Positions 29,562 to 40,016 of a DNA stretch of 64,000 nt are shown piece after piece. Below the pieces are notes generated by a model. That model saw nothing but the letters and a program-made list of their open reading frames with translations. It had not been told where the DNA came from and ran no database searches. Numbering within the stretch: position 1 is the stretch's first letter; the number at the start of each line of letters is the position of its first letter. This stretch comes from Lachnospiraceae bacterium (GTDB taxonomy: Bacteria > Bacillota > Clostridia > Lachnospirales > Lachnospiraceae): positions 5,416 through 69,415 of the forward strand of contig JAJQEO010000003.1 in NCBI GenBank assembly GCA_021201665.1. The letters run 5' to 3'. A program made the position numbers and the translations under genes.

Positions 29562-32500
29562 ATGGCGAGAAAATATGAAATCATCACAGAATTATACCAG
29601 CGCACTGTGGCTGGCTTATCGGCTCCCCAAGCATGGCAGGGTTTCCTGACCACGGCCTGTCGCAACTTCCGGCTGCCCTTTGACGAGCAGGTGCTTGTCT
29701 ATGCCCAGCGCCCGGACGCCACCGCTGTCCTGACGATTGAAGGAGCAAGCGGCTGGAATCAGCGGTTCGGGCGTTGGGTGAACCGGGGTGCAACAGGCAT
29801 TGCCGTCTTTGACGGAGAATCCAACGGACGCTCCCGACTGAAATACTACTTTGATATTTCCGACACCCATGAAAGCCGCTTTTCCCGGCCTGTGCCGCTA
29901 TGGACCATGCGTCCGGAATTTGAACCGGCCATGATTGAAACACTGGAAAGTAACTTTGGGGAACTGGCCGATAAATTTGATTTGGCAAATGCACTGCTTT
30001 CTGCGGCGAAAAACGCCGTGGAGGACAACATGGAGGACTATCTCTCAGAGCTGCATCATTATAAAGAGGACAGCTTTCTGGAGGAACTGGACGATCTGAA
30101 CATTGAGGTGGAATACCGCAGGGCATTGGAAAACAGTATTGGCTTTATGCTTCTGACCCGCTGCGGAATTGACCCGGCAGAGCATTTTACCGATGATGAT
30201 TTTCGGGATATTGTGGATTTCAATACCCCGGAAACCCTGAACGCCCTGGGCACAGCAACCGGAGATATTGGGCAGATGTGCCTTTCCGTAATCTCCCGGA
30301 CAGCCCTTGCCCTGCAAAGGCAGGCAGAAAGGCAAAATGGCACATTTGCACCTGACCCCAATATCCAGTATTCTGAGGTTGAGAAGAAAACCTCACCGCC
30401 TGAAAGGAGCGATTTTGATGAACGAACTGACATACACGATGCAGAACGGCTATCGTCTGCCGAACCTTCTGCCGCCCCAGGAGCCGGAGGTTCCCCTTGG
30501 GAAATACGCATTGCTTCGCAGGACTTACCTGAAGCAGAAGCGCAGAGTGGCCTACACCAACCTGCTGACCTCCGGGAAGCTGAACCAGCACCTGATGGAG
30601 ATCGAACAGACGGCTTTGTCCCGGATGGAGCAGATCACGGCGCAGATGGTGAAAGCCGAGGGCGTGACGGAGGAACTGAAAGCCCGCGACCCGATGAAGT
30701 GGACGGGGCTGATGAACAGCATCCGGCACTCAGCGGAGGAGACGATCTTGAACGAGCTGATTTACAACTGACAGCAGAAGAAACAGTCACCGATGAAGCG
30801 GACAGTGCAGAACTGCCCGCTTTTTTGGATGAGAAGCTGATTATGGCCGTCATTGCCAATAAGGACGATGACCTGAAATATAAGAAGCAGCAGATTGAGC
30901 TGTATTTCTCTGTGCATTCTGATGAGGCAGAACGGGCGGAATATCTGAAATCCGCCTATCAAGACAGATACACGGAGATCATTGTAGATGGTGTTCGCGT
31001 TGGATATAAGCCCCAGGAGAACGGACTTCTGATGTGGGAGGGCGCATACCTTTCCCGCACCAGCGAGTCCGTTTTTTCATGGGCAATCGTGACTGAGTGG
31101 ACGGCGGGGCTGATCGACAAAAAGGAATACTTTATTAACGCCCGGATTACGCCGCCGAAATCTCAGGACGGCCAGCAGCTATCTCTCTTTGATTTTACTG
31201 ATTTCAATGCGCCAGCGCAGGAGGAAACTGGGCAGCTTACCTTTATGCCCCGACATCAGCTTCCCCAGCAGATCATCGATGAGGCTTTGTGCATCGGGGC
31301 AAATGATGAACATACCCGCTTGATTATCTGTGCTTACTTTATGAAGGATCATCCACTGGAGGATAATGCCAGATTTCTTGCCCACCATTATGGCGAGAAC
31401 GGCGCAGGATTCTATGTGAATGACCGGCAGTATGCCATTTGGTACAATGCCGAGGGTATCCGGGTATCCAGTGGTGACAGTGCCCAGGGCCGGAATGTTA
31501 CCTTGGTCACATGGGAGCAGGCAGCAAAGCGCATCCGGGAACTACTGGATATGGGGCGCTATCTGCCGAAAAGCGAGCTTGACCGGGTTGTGGATTTTGA
31601 GCGGTACACCCTGGCTGACCGGCTGGCTTTGACCGCCAGAGATATGTCCACGGAAGCCAGAGAAGCAGGCTTTGCGCCTATTCTTCAACTGGCACTGTCC
31701 GAAAAGAGAGTCTTTCCGGAAATTACAGAGCATATCGACGCTCTGCTTGCCGATCCGGAGATGCTGCAAAAAATCACAGACGAGTGGGGTGTGTTTGTCA
31801 CAGCTCTTGCAGAGAACGGGGACTTGATCCGCTTTGGGCGCAACCGCGCATCGGAGCTGCTGCGGCAGCTTCAGGATTTGCAGCGGGAGCCTGTTATCTT
31901 CACCGCCGCCGAGGACTATGATCCACAGCGGCGTTTCTTTATCTCCACGGACGAGATCAACAGGGTGCTGCGTGGATATCAGGATTACCGTCTTTCGGTG
32001 TATTCTTTTTATGCCACCCATTCCGATGCCAAGGAACGGGAGAAATACCTGAAATCCTATCATGGGGAATACAGCGGCTACCACGGCGGGAATGACAATC
32101 GCACCTATACCGGCAAAGGCTTATCCTTCAGCCACGGCAGCATTACTGAACCCTATGCCAAGGTGGAGTTAAACTGGGGTAAAATTGCCAAGCGCATTGG
32201 CGTTCTCATTTCTCAGGACAGATTTTTATCAGAGGAAGATCGGGAGGCCATGGCCGGTTATGAAATCCAGCAGCTTGCCAGAAGTGTTTACAACTTCTTT
32301 TCTGGTGCGCCGGAATTATATCCGCGTCCTCACCGATCCAATTCTGTTTCCGATTATTGGGAGAGTGTGCAGGAGGTTGCGGAGCAGCTCACCGACCCGG
32401 CTCGTGTGGAAGAGATTTATCAGATGATGCTGCCTCTGTGGGAGGGCACAGCGCAGGATGACCGCTATTATTCCTATCGCAAGGCCGGTTTGGAGGACAT

Positions 32501-35500
32501 GGAAGCCTATCGAAATGGCACATATTCTGTGTTCGGAACCGGACAAACGCTCAGACCACTGGTAGCAGTTGAAGAATCGGTGCAGGAGCAGACAGAACTG
32601 CCAGCGATACCCGTTGAAACAAAAACAGCTACTCCTTATAACGAACTTGCAGTGCAGGCCCTTCGATTCTATCAGGAGTTTGAGGGTAGCCGGGAACTGA
32701 TTGGTATGGGCAATACCGATGCGGAAATAATTGCCGAGCTGGAGAAGCGACTGCGTGATACAATCCAGAGGAAAGCGGTTTTGTCTGACCTGCAATCCTT
32801 TTTGGATCACATCGACCCGGAGGAGTCCCTGGCAGTTGATTTGGAGCTGTTCATGGAGCAGCTTCGGGATTTGCCGGAGGAAAAATCACCTGAGCAGCTT
32901 CGCCGGGAAGAAATTGCCGGGTATCTGGAGGAAGCCGGATATGCGGTGTCCGAGGAAACGCTGGATGTGGGACTTTCCGAGTATGCTGCCCATGGTGGCA
33001 GAGGCGACAGTCAGGATATTGCAGACTTTATTGAGCGCGAATTGCTCAGTGATGATTTGTATGACCCCGAAACTGCGCTGGAAGAAGCAAAAGAACTCAT
33101 CAATGCTTACTGCATGGAGGAGTTTGAGCAGGAGGCAGACTATTCCGACCTCAGCCATGTTGATTTAGTATTCAGCACCACTACGGACAGTGAGCATCCG
33201 GTGGAGATTTTCGCTGACCTTATTTCTTTCCGGCTGGTGTATCAGGTGGACGGCGAGGCAGTCCATGAGGTTGCCTGTAATACTTTGTCTGAACTGAATG
33301 GATACCTGGCGAATCTGGATTTTGACGAGATGGTTGCCCATGCGGAGAAGCAATATCAACATCGGGGTGAGTTGGCGGAGGATACGCCAGAGCCGGAAGA
33401 ACCCGCTGAAAAAGAAACCACCTCAACACTGGCACCGCCGAAGCCCAAGCGGGAGCGTGTGGTGTTTACTACCCTGCACCCGGAGATTCCCGCTAATCAG
33501 CGCAGTAACTTCCGCATTACCGACGCCGAGCTGGGCGCAGGCACACGCAGTGAGAAATATGCTGCCAATGTGGCCGCTATCCGCACTTTGAAGCAGATTG
33601 AAGCCGAGGAACGGTTGGCCACGCAGGAGGAACAGGAAGTCCTCTCCCGGTATGTAGGCTGGGGTGGACTGGCGGATTGCTTTGACGAGCGCCACGGCAA
33701 ATATCTGGAATTAAAATCGCTGCTGGACGAGGACGAATATGCCGCCGCCAGAGCCAGCAGTCTCACCGCTTTTTATACTTCCCCTGTTATCATTGGAGCC
33801 ATGTATCAGGCGCTTGCGCAGATGGGATTTCAGCAAGGTAATATTTTGGAGCCATCCTGTGGTGTGGGCAACTTTATCGGTATGCTCCCAGACAGCATGA
33901 TCGGGAGCAAGGTCTATGGCGTGGAGCTGGATTCCGTCTCCGGGCGCATTGCCGGACAGCTTTATCAGAACAGCAGTATTGCCGTGAACGGCTTTGAACG
34001 GGTGCAGATGCCGGACAGCTTCTTCGATGTGGCTATCGGCAATGTTCCCTTTGGAGATTTTAAGGTGCGTGACCGGAAGTATGACAAGAACCACTGGCTC
34101 ATCCATGACTATTTCTTTGGAAAGACGTTGGATAAGGTCAGGCCGGGCGGCGTGATCGCGTTTATTACCAGCAAAGGTACGATGGACAAAGAAAGCTCCG
34201 CTGTCCGTAAATATCTGGCACAGCGGGCCGACCTGATCGGAGCTATACGTCTGCCCAATAATGCGTTTAAGGCCAACGCCGGTACGGAAGTCACCAGTGA
34301 TATTCTGTTTTTACAGAAGCGTGACCGCATGACCGACATAGAGCCGGATTGGGTGCATCTGGACACCGATGAAAACGGTATCCGACAGAACGCCTACTTT
34401 GTGCAGCACCCGGAGATGGTGCTGGGCGAGATGGTTATGGAATCCACCCGGTTCGGCATGGACAGTACCTGCAAGCCCTATGAGGATGCCGACCTGTCTG
34501 AGCTGTTATCCGAAGCCGTTCAGAATCTTCATGCCCAAATCACTGACTATGAAGTTGAGGAACTGGAAGAGGAAGATCATTCTATCCCCGCCGACCCTGC
34601 GGTGCGCAATTTCAGCTATTGTCTTATTGAGGGACAGATTTACTATCGGGAAAATTCTCGGATGCACCCGGTAGCTGTGTCTGTCACGGCAGAAAACCGC
34701 ATCCGGGGTATGATCGCCATTCGAGAGTGTGTCCGCAGGCTGATTGAATATCAGACCGAGGGCTACCCGGACGAGGACATTCAAAAAGAGCAGGCTGAGT
34801 TGAACCAACTCTATGACGATTACACCAAGAAGTACGGCTTGATTTCCAGTCGGGGCAACAATCTTGCCTTTGGCGAGGATTCCAGCTACTATCTGCTGTG
34901 TTCCCTTGAGGTGCTGGACGAGGAGGGCAACCTAAAACGCAAGGCGGATATGTTTTATAGGCGTACTATCCGTCCCCATGAAGCCGTTACCAGCGTGGAT
35001 ACCGCCAGCGAAGCTCTGGCTGTCTCCATTGCCGAAAAAGCACGGGTAGACATGGAGTATATGGCAGAGCTGTCCGGCAAAAGCCCGGAGGGACTGGCTG
35101 CCGACCTGACCGGCGTTATCTTCCGGGATATTCAGTGTGCCGAGGAAGCATCCGCCATTCCCAAAGCCTTTGTGCAGTTGGAGCGGTTCCCCTTTGTGGC
35201 TGCTGACGAATATCTCTCCGGCAATGTGCGCCGCAAGCTCAGAATGGCAAGGGCGCTTCATGAAGTGTTACCGGCTGAACAAAAATTGTTGATTGCGAAA
35301 AACATTGAGGCATTGGAGGCGGTACAGCCGGTTGACCTGACTGCCGCTGAGATTGGCGTGCGTATCGGGGCAAACTGGGTGCCAACGGAGATCTATCAGC
35401 AGTTTATGGAGGAAACTTTCGGCACCAGCTACTATGCTCGCAGCCGCATTAAAATCCTGCGCTCCGGCGCTACCGGGCAGTGGGCTGTCACGGAGAAGAA

Positions 35501-38306
35501 CGCAGACCGGGGCAACATCAAAAGTCTGACCACCTACGGTACTAAGCGGATGAACGCCTATCAGATTCTGGAGCAGACCTTAAACCAGCGAGATGTGCGG
35601 GTGTTTGACTATGTGGAGGACGAAAACGGCAACAAAAAGCCGGTTCTCAACAAGAAGGAAACTGCCATTGCCCAAGACCGGCAGGAGTTAATTAAACAGA
35701 AATTCTCCGAATGGATTTGGAAAGACATTGACCGCCGTGAACGCTTATGCGCCATCTACAATGAAACCTTTAATGCTATCCGTCCCCGCGAATATGACGG
35801 AAGTCACATCCGTTTCAGCGGTATGAACCCGGAGATTACCCTGCGCCCCCATCAGGTCAACGCAATTGCTCATGTTCTCTACGGCGGCAACACGCTGCTT
35901 GCCCACGAAGTAGGGGCAGGCAAAACTTTTGAAATGGTAGCTGCAGCAATGGAAATGAAGCGGCTGGGGCTTTGTACCAAGTCGCTGATTGTAGTACCCA
36001 ATCACATCACCGAGCAATGGGCGGCGGAATGGCTCCAGCTTTACCCGTCTGCCAATATTTTGGTGGCCACCCGGAAAGACTTTGAAACACGGAACCGCAA
36101 GAAATTCTGTGCCCGCATCGCCACTGGCGATTATGACGCCATCATCATCGGACATTCGCAATTTGAAAAGATACCCATGTCAGCCCAGCGGCAGGCAGCG
36201 ATTTTGCAGCAGCAAATCAACGAGATCATGTTTGGCATTGAAGAAGCAAAGGCAGCCAAGGCGGAGCGGTACACGGTCAAGCAGTTGGAGAAAACCCGGA
36301 AATCGCTGGAAACTCGCTTGGAACGACTCAACGACCAAAGCCGGAAAGACGATCTCGTTACTTTCGAGGAATTGGGTGTTGACCGCATTTTTGTAGACGA
36401 AAGCCATTATTTTAAGAACCTTTTCCTGGCAACCAAAATGAGGAACGTGGGTGGCATCGCCCAAACCGAGGCTCAAAAATCCTCAGACCTCTTTATGAAG
36501 TGCCGGTATTTGGATGAGATCACCGGGGGCCGGGGCGTGATATTTGCCACCGGTACCCCGATCTCGAACTCGATGGTCGAGCTTTATACCATCCAGCGGT
36601 ATTTGCAGTACAACGCCTTGCAGGAGATGGGGCTGATCCACTTTGACGATTGGGCCAGCGATTTCGGTGAAACCATCACAGCCATAGAATTGTCCCCGGA
36701 GGGCAGCGGCTATCGTGCCAAGACCCGCTTTGCGAAATTCTTCAATCTGCCGGAGCTGATGGCTACCTTTAAGCAGGTGGCCGACATCCAGACGGCGGAT
36801 ATGCTGCATTTGCCGGTACCAAAAGCCAACTTCCACACTGAGGTTATCAAGCCCTCCGAATTTCAACAGGAGATGATCCGGGGGCTGGCGGAGCGCGCCG
36901 AGAAGATACGCGCAGGGGGTGTTGACCCCAAAATTGACAATATGCTCCGTATCACCAACGATGGCCGTAAGCTGGCGCTGGATATGCGGCTGATTCAGCC
37001 TCTGGCACCGGATGACCCTAACGGCAAGCTGGCTACCTGCACCCGGAATGTGATTCGTATCTGGGAGCAGACCATGGAGCAGCGCAGCACCCAGCTCGTG
37101 TTTTGCGACCTGTCTACCCCAAAGGAGGACGGCACATTCAGTGTTTATAACGAGCTGAAAAAGAAGCTGATGGAAGCCGGTATCCCGGAGGAGGAAATCG
37201 CTTTTATCCATGATGCGGACAGCGAAACGAAGAAAAAGGCTCTGTTTGCCAGAGTTCGCACCGGTCAGGTGCGTATCCTGCTGGGCAGCACGCAAAAGAT
37301 GGGGGCAGGCACTAATGTCCAAGACCGGCTGATTGCGCTCCATGACCTTGATTGCCCATGGCGACCTTCCGATCTGCAGCAGCGCCTTGGCCGTATTGTT
37401 CGCCAGGGTAATGCAAACCCGGAGGTGGAGATCTACCGATATGTCACCGAGGGAACCTTTGACGCTTACCTCTATCAGTTGGTGGAGAACAAGCAAAAAT
37501 TCATCGCCCAGATTATGACCAGCAAAGCGCCTGTGCGTATCGCAGACGATGTGGACGAAACCGCGCTGAGCTATTCCGAGATCAAGGCGCTGGCCACCGG
37601 TAATCCGCTCATCATCGAAAAGTGCAATCTGGATATGGAGGTGGGCAAGCTGAATATGCTGAAAGCCAGCTATTTGAGCCAGAAATACGCACTGGAGGAG
37701 ATGGTGCTGCGGAAATACCCGGAGGCTATCACCCGGCTGACGGAACGAATCGCAGGCTATGAGCAGGATGTGCAGCTTGTCTCCAACCATCCCAAACTGG
37801 CAGATGGTTTTGCCGGGATCACAATTTTGGATAAAGCCTATGCCGACAAGGAGGCGGCTGGCAAGGCAATCCTTGATGTATGTACCAAAATGACAGGCTC
37901 CGACGCTGTTTTCTTAGGACAGTACCGGGGCTTTTCTCTTACCCTATCCTATGATGGAACCAGCAACGAGTACCGCATGACCATGAAGGGCACGCTCTCC
38001 CACACGGCGGTGTTGGGCGCGGATGTGTTCGGCAATCTGACCCGTATGGACAATGTGCTTGACGGCCTCGCTGCCAAGCTGGAGGGTGTTCGTTCAGAAC
38101 TTGCTGAAACAAAAACTCAGCTTGAAAATGCCCGCACAGAATTGGCGGCACCCTTTGCCAGAGAAGCGGAACTGGCTGAAAAGACAGACAGATTAAAGGA
38201 ACTGAACATACTTCTGAATATGGATGAAAAGGATAAGACGCTGATGGATGACGGATTGGAGGAGGATGCCCCGGAGCGACCCCGTTCAAAAGCGTTGGAG
38301 CGGTAA
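29562..38306 (+). CDS. Giant polyvalent protein: ArdC-N-like domain + adenine methyltransferase + SNF2 helicase (DarB-like)
   Basis: YAQRPDATAV..W..FGRWV; LEPSCGVGNF and GNVPF; HEVGAGKT, VDESH, ATGTPISNS, QRLGRIVRQG. Confidence 0.92.
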   Translation: MARKYEIITELYQRTVAGLSAPQAWQGFLTTACRNFRLPFDEQVLVYAQRPDATAVLTIEGASGWNQRFGRWVNRGATGIAVFDGESNGRSRLKYYFDISDTHESRFSRPVPLWTMRPEFEPAMIETLESNFGELADKFDLANALLSAAKNAVEDNMEDYLSELHHYKEDSFLEELDDLNIEVEYRRALENSIGFMLLTRCGIDPAEHFTDDDFRDIVDFNTPETLNALGTATGDIGQMCLSVISRTALALQRQAERQNGTFAPDPNIQYSEVEKKTSPPERSDFDERTDIHDAERLSSAEPSAAPGAGGSPWEIRIASQDLPEAEAQSGLHQPADLREAEPAPDGDRTDGFVPDGADHGADGESRGRDGGTESPRPDEVDGADEQHPALSGGDDLERADLQLTAEETVTDEADSAELPAFLDEKLIMAVIANKDDDLKYKKQQIELYFSVHSDEAERAEYLKSAYQDRYTEIIVDGVRVGYKPQENGLLMWEGAYLSRTSESVFSWAIVTEWTAGLIDKKEYFINARITPPKSQDGQQLSLFDFTDFNAPAQEETGQLTFMPRHQLPQQIIDEALCIGANDEHTRLIICAYFMKDHPLEDNARFLAHHYGENGAGFYVNDRQYAIWYNAEGIRVSSGDSAQGRNVTLVTWEQAAKRIRELLDMGRYLPKSELDRVVDFERYTLADRLALTARDMSTEAREAGFAPILQLALSEKRVFPEITEHIDALLADPEMLQKITDEWGVFVTALAENGDLIRFGRNRASELLRQLQDLQREPVIFTAAEDYDPQRRFFISTDEINRVLRGYQDYRLSVYSFYATHSDAKEREKYLKSYHGEYSGYHGGNDNRTYTGKGLSFSHGSITEPYAKVELNWGKIAKRIGVLISQDRFLSEEDREAMAGYEIQQLARSVYNFFSGAPELYPRPHRSNSVSDYWESVQEVAEQLTDPARVEEIYQMMLPLWEGTAQDDRYYSYRKAGLEDMEAYRNGTYSVFGTGQTLRPLVAVEESVQEQTELPAIPVETKTATPYNELAVQALRFYQEFEGSRELIGMGNTDAEIIAELEKRLRDTIQRKAVLSDLQSFLDHIDPEESLAVDLELFMEQLRDLPEEKSPEQLRREEIAGYLEEAGYAVSEETLDVGLSEYAAHGGRGDSQDIADFIERELLSDDLYDPETALEEAKELINAYCMEEFEQEADYSDLSHVDLVFSTTTDSEHPVEIFADLISFRLVYQVDGEAVHEVACNTLSELNGYLANLDFDEMVAHAEKQYQHRGELAEDTPEPEEPAEKETTSTLAPPKPKRERVVFTTLHPEIPANQRSNFRITDAELGAGTRSEKYAANVAAIRTLKQIEAEERLATQEEQEVLSRYVGWGGLADCFDERHGKYLELKSLLDEDEYAAARASSLTAFYTSPVIIGAMYQALAQMGFQQGNILEPSCGVGNFIGMLPDSMIGSKVYGVELDSVSGRIAGQLYQNSSIAVNGFERVQMPDSFFDVAIGNVPFGDFKVRDRKYDKNHWLIHDYFFGKTLDKVRPGGVIAFITSKGTMDKESSAVRKYLAQRADLIGAIRLPNNAFKANAGTEVTSDILFLQKRDRMTDIEPDWVHLDTDENGIRQNAYFVQHPEMVLGEMVMESTRFGMDSTCKPYEDADLSELLSEAVQNLHAQITDYEVEELEEEDHSIPADPAVRNFSYCLIEGQIYYRENSRMHPVAVSVTAENRIRGMIAIRECVRRLIEYQTEGYPDEDIQKEQAELNQLYDDYTKKYGLISSRGNNLAFGEDSSYYLLCSLEVLDEEGNLKRKADMFYRRTIRPHEAVTSVDTASEALAVSIAEKARVDMEYMAELSGKSPEGLAADLTGVIFRDIQCAEEASAIPKAFVQLERFPFVAADEYLSGNVRRKLRMARALHEVLPAEQKLLIAKNIEALEAVQPVDLTAAEIGVRIGANWVPTEIYQQFMEETFGTSYYARSRIKILRSGATGQWAVTEKNADRGNIKSLTTYGTKRMNAYQILEQTLNQRDVRVFDYVEDENGNKKPVLNKKETAIAQDRQELIKQKFSEWIWKDIDRRERLCAIYNETFNAIRPREYDGSHIRFSGMNPEITLRPHQVNAIAHVLYGGNTLLAHEVGAGKTFEMVAAAMEMKRLGLCTKSLIVVPNHITEQWAAEWLQLYPSANILVATRKDFETRNRKKFCARIATGDYDAIIIGHSQFEKIPMSAQRQAAILQQQINEIMFGIEEAKAAKAERYTVKQLEKTRKSLETRLERLNDQSRKDDLVTFEELGVDRIFVDESHYFKNLFLATKMRNVGGIAQTEAQKSSDLFMKCRYLDEITGGRGVIFATGTPISNSMVELYTIQRYLQYNALQEMGLIHFDDWASDFGETITAIELSPEGSGYRAKTRFAKFFNLPELMATFKQVADIQTADMLHLPVPKANFHTEVIKPSEFQQEMIRGLAERAEKIRAGGVDPKIDNMLRITNDGRKLALDMRLIQPLAPDDPNGKLATCTRNVIRIWEQTMEQRSTQLVFCDLSTPKEDGTFSVYNELKKKLMEAGIPEEEIAFIHDADSETKKKALFARVRTGQVRILLGSTQKMGAGTNVQDRLIALHDLDCPWRPSDLQQRLGRIVRQGNANPEVEIYRYVTEGTFDAYLYQLVENKQKFIAQIMTSKAPVRIADDVDETALSYSEIKALATGNPLIIEKCNLDMEVGKLNMLKASYLSQKYALEEMVLRKYPEAITRLTERIAGYEQDVQLVSNHPKLADGFAGITILDKAYADKEAAGKAILDVCTKMTGSDAVFLGQYRGFSLTLSYDGTSNEYRMTMKGTLSHTAVLGADVFGNLTRMDNVLDGLAAKLEGVRSELAETKTQLENARTELAAPFAREAELAEKTDRLKELNILLNMDEKDKTLMDDGLEEDAPERPRSKALER
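30346..30374 (+). promoter_or_regulatory. Internal sigma-A-like promoter for the nested gene
   Basis: TTGCAC-17bp-TATTCT followed by TGAGGTT-N8-AACCTCA inverted repeat. Confidence 0.6.
30418..30771 (+). CDS. tnpV: TnpV-family protein nested in the +1 frame of the helicase gene
   Basis: GYRLPNL, LGKYA.LR..YLK, LLTSGKLN.HL.EI, EGVTEELKA.D.M.W.G.MN.IR..AEE; AAAGGAG RBS at 30403-30409. Confidence 0.8.
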   Translation: MNELTYTMQNGYRLPNLLPPQEPEVPLGKYALLRRTYLKQKRRVAYTNLLTSGKLNQHLMEIEQTALSRMEQITAQMVKAEGVTEELKARDPMKWTGLMNSIRHSAEETILNELIYN

Positions 38307-38361
38307 ACGAAAAGACAGGAGCAGGTCTTTACAGACTTGTTCCTGTCCTCAATTTCCAGTA

Positions 38362-38715
38362 TCATTGTTTGCGAAGGTGGGCGTCCCTGCGGAGCGTTTC
38401 TTTCAGGGCCTGCGCCATGTCCTTTACCATGCGGATTTCGTATTCGTCGCAGTCCTCCAAAAGCGCCGCTATATCCTGTTCAAACTGCGGCTTTGCCCGT
38501 ACCACGCTGTCACAGAGAAGATCATCTACCGTGACGGAAAGTGCATTGGCCAGACTGACAATGGCATTTAGACTGACGCGAGTGGTACCGGTTTCTATAT
38601 TGCTCAGATGGGTAGGTGAAAGCTCCACAGCCTCTGCCAGACGCTCCTGCGTCATATCGGCTTTGATGCGTGCAATTTTGATGCGCTTTCCGATGGCCTT
38701 GTAATCCAGCTCCAT
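38362..38715 (-). CDS. XRE-family HTH transcriptional repressor
   Basis: IGKRIKIAR...MTQERLAE...LSNIETG; GGAGG RBS. Confidence 0.92.
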   Translation of the reverse strand: MELDYKAIGKRIKIARIKADMTQERLAEAVELSPTHLSNIETGTTRVSLNAIVSLANALSVTVDDLLCDSVVRAKPQFEQDIAALLEDCDEYEIRMVKDMAQALKETLRRDAHLRKQ

Positions 38716-38920
38716 GGGCTTCCCTCCCTCCAAACTTTTTTCTTACAGGTATTGTAACCTTGGAGAGAGGATATTATAATATTCTAAAACCGTATACTAC
38801 GGAAACAAAGCAAGAACCTGAAAATAAATGTGGAGTTTGAACCATTGGGGAATCTGATTGCACATTTGATATTACCCGGATAGATGGGTACACTAAGAAA
38901 AAAACGAAAGGCTGATAACC

Positions 38921-39244
38921 ATGGACGACACATATTTTGATTTGGCTTCCCGTTTAGAGGATGCCTTCCCGGAAATCGATAGCGACATTGTGACCGACCT
39001 GCGGGAGAACAGTGAGGACTATGCTGAGCTGCAGCAGCAGATTTCTGACTTACAGCGACAATACCCGCTTATCATGGAGGCCATGGAGGGTAGCGGTGAG
39101 GTTCATTTGAGCGTAAAGGAACACGATGCGTTTGTTCAATTCCTCCGGCTGCGTCGAAAGCTGGACGATATGGAACGGGAACAGCTCTACTTCCGGGGAC
39201 ATACGGATGCGATAGCGTATCTCAGGAAAATCAAAGCACTTTGA
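38921..39244 (+). CDS. Hypothetical helical protein
   Basis: ORF divergent from the XRE gene, followed by a hairpin at about 39250-39281. Confidence 0.7.
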   Translation: MDDTYFDLASRLEDAFPEIDSDIVTDLRENSEDYAELQQQISDLQRQYPLIMEAMEGSGEVHLSVKEHDAFVQFLRLRRKLDDMEREQLYFRGHTDAIAYLRKIKAL

Positions 39245-39305
39245 TCCGGGCGGCATGGTTGTGGATACCATGCCGTCTTTGCATCTGGCAGAAAAAGATG
39301 CATCC

Positions 39306-39334
39306 TTGACAAATGCACCCAATGGGTGTATTAT
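39306..39334 (+). promoter_or_regulatory. Sigma-A promoter with operator palindrome in the spacer
   Basis: TTGACA-17bp-TATTAT; AATGCACCCA-A-TGGGTGTATT at 39312-39332. Confidence 0.8.
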
Positions 39335-39352
39335 ATGAGCGAGGTGATTGAG

Positions 39353-40003
39353 ATGAATGTTCATGAAATGAGAGTGAACCTGGGAGTTACGCAAAGTGAA
39401 TTTGCTGCAAGATATAATATTCCGTTCCGCACAGTTCAAAATTGGGAGGCTGGTGTGCGGCAGCCTCCGGAGTATATGGTCAGTTTGTTGGAAGATCGTA
39501 TACGAACCGATCTTGTCAATCGGAGGACAGCATCCTTGCCAAAGTACAATCCGGGGAAAAGAGACCTCCCTAAGCGGTGTGACTATGTGGGGGCAATCTC
39601 CTGGCTCCAGGCGGTGCGTGCGTGTATTGGAGAAAACATTGTATTTGCTTTGGACGAAGCACTGATGTGTCAGGGCAGTTTTGGTGGACACAGCGATGAG
39701 TTTATTGTATGGGTCTATGGAAGCGACTCTGTTTCTCGCTTTAATGGCGTTGTCGTGCTTGGAAACCAGATAAGCGCTTACAATGTAAAGGAAAAGAATG
39801 GCCTGCGATACACGAATTTTAACAGAACGATAGCCGATGCCCTGGCGAATGAATCCATCTTGGATATGCAGGGGATTACGGAAGCAATCAGCAAGTATTA
39901 CTACCGTAACGGGAACAGTTTTGAAGGGATTTTCGTTGCCCCCGAATATCAGGAACGGTTTGACAGGCTGGCAGATGAAGCAATCGAATATTATGAATAT
40001 TGA
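39353..40003 (+). CDS. Putative type IV TA antitoxin: XRE HTH + AbiEi-like C-terminal domain
   Basis: TQSEFAARYNIPFRTVQNWEAG; LRYTNFNRTIADAL; directly upstream of the AbiEii-like gene. Confidence 0.65.
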   Translation: MNVHEMRVNLGVTQSEFAARYNIPFRTVQNWEAGVRQPPEYMVSLLEDRIRTDLVNRRTASLPKYNPGKRDLPKRCDYVGAISWLQAVRACIGENIVFALDEALMCQGSFGGHSDEFIVWVYGSDSVSRFNGVVVLGNQISAYNVKEKNGLRYTNFNRTIADALANESILDMQGITEAISKYYYRNGNSFEGIFVAPEYQERFDRLADEAIEYYEY

Positions 40004-40016
40004 GAGGTGATTCCGG

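Noticed and set aside
36483-37790. 435-aa minus-strand ORF inside the helicase gene
   Set aside because: Antisense shadow of a codon-biased gene; no recognisable motifs, unlike the nested TnpV
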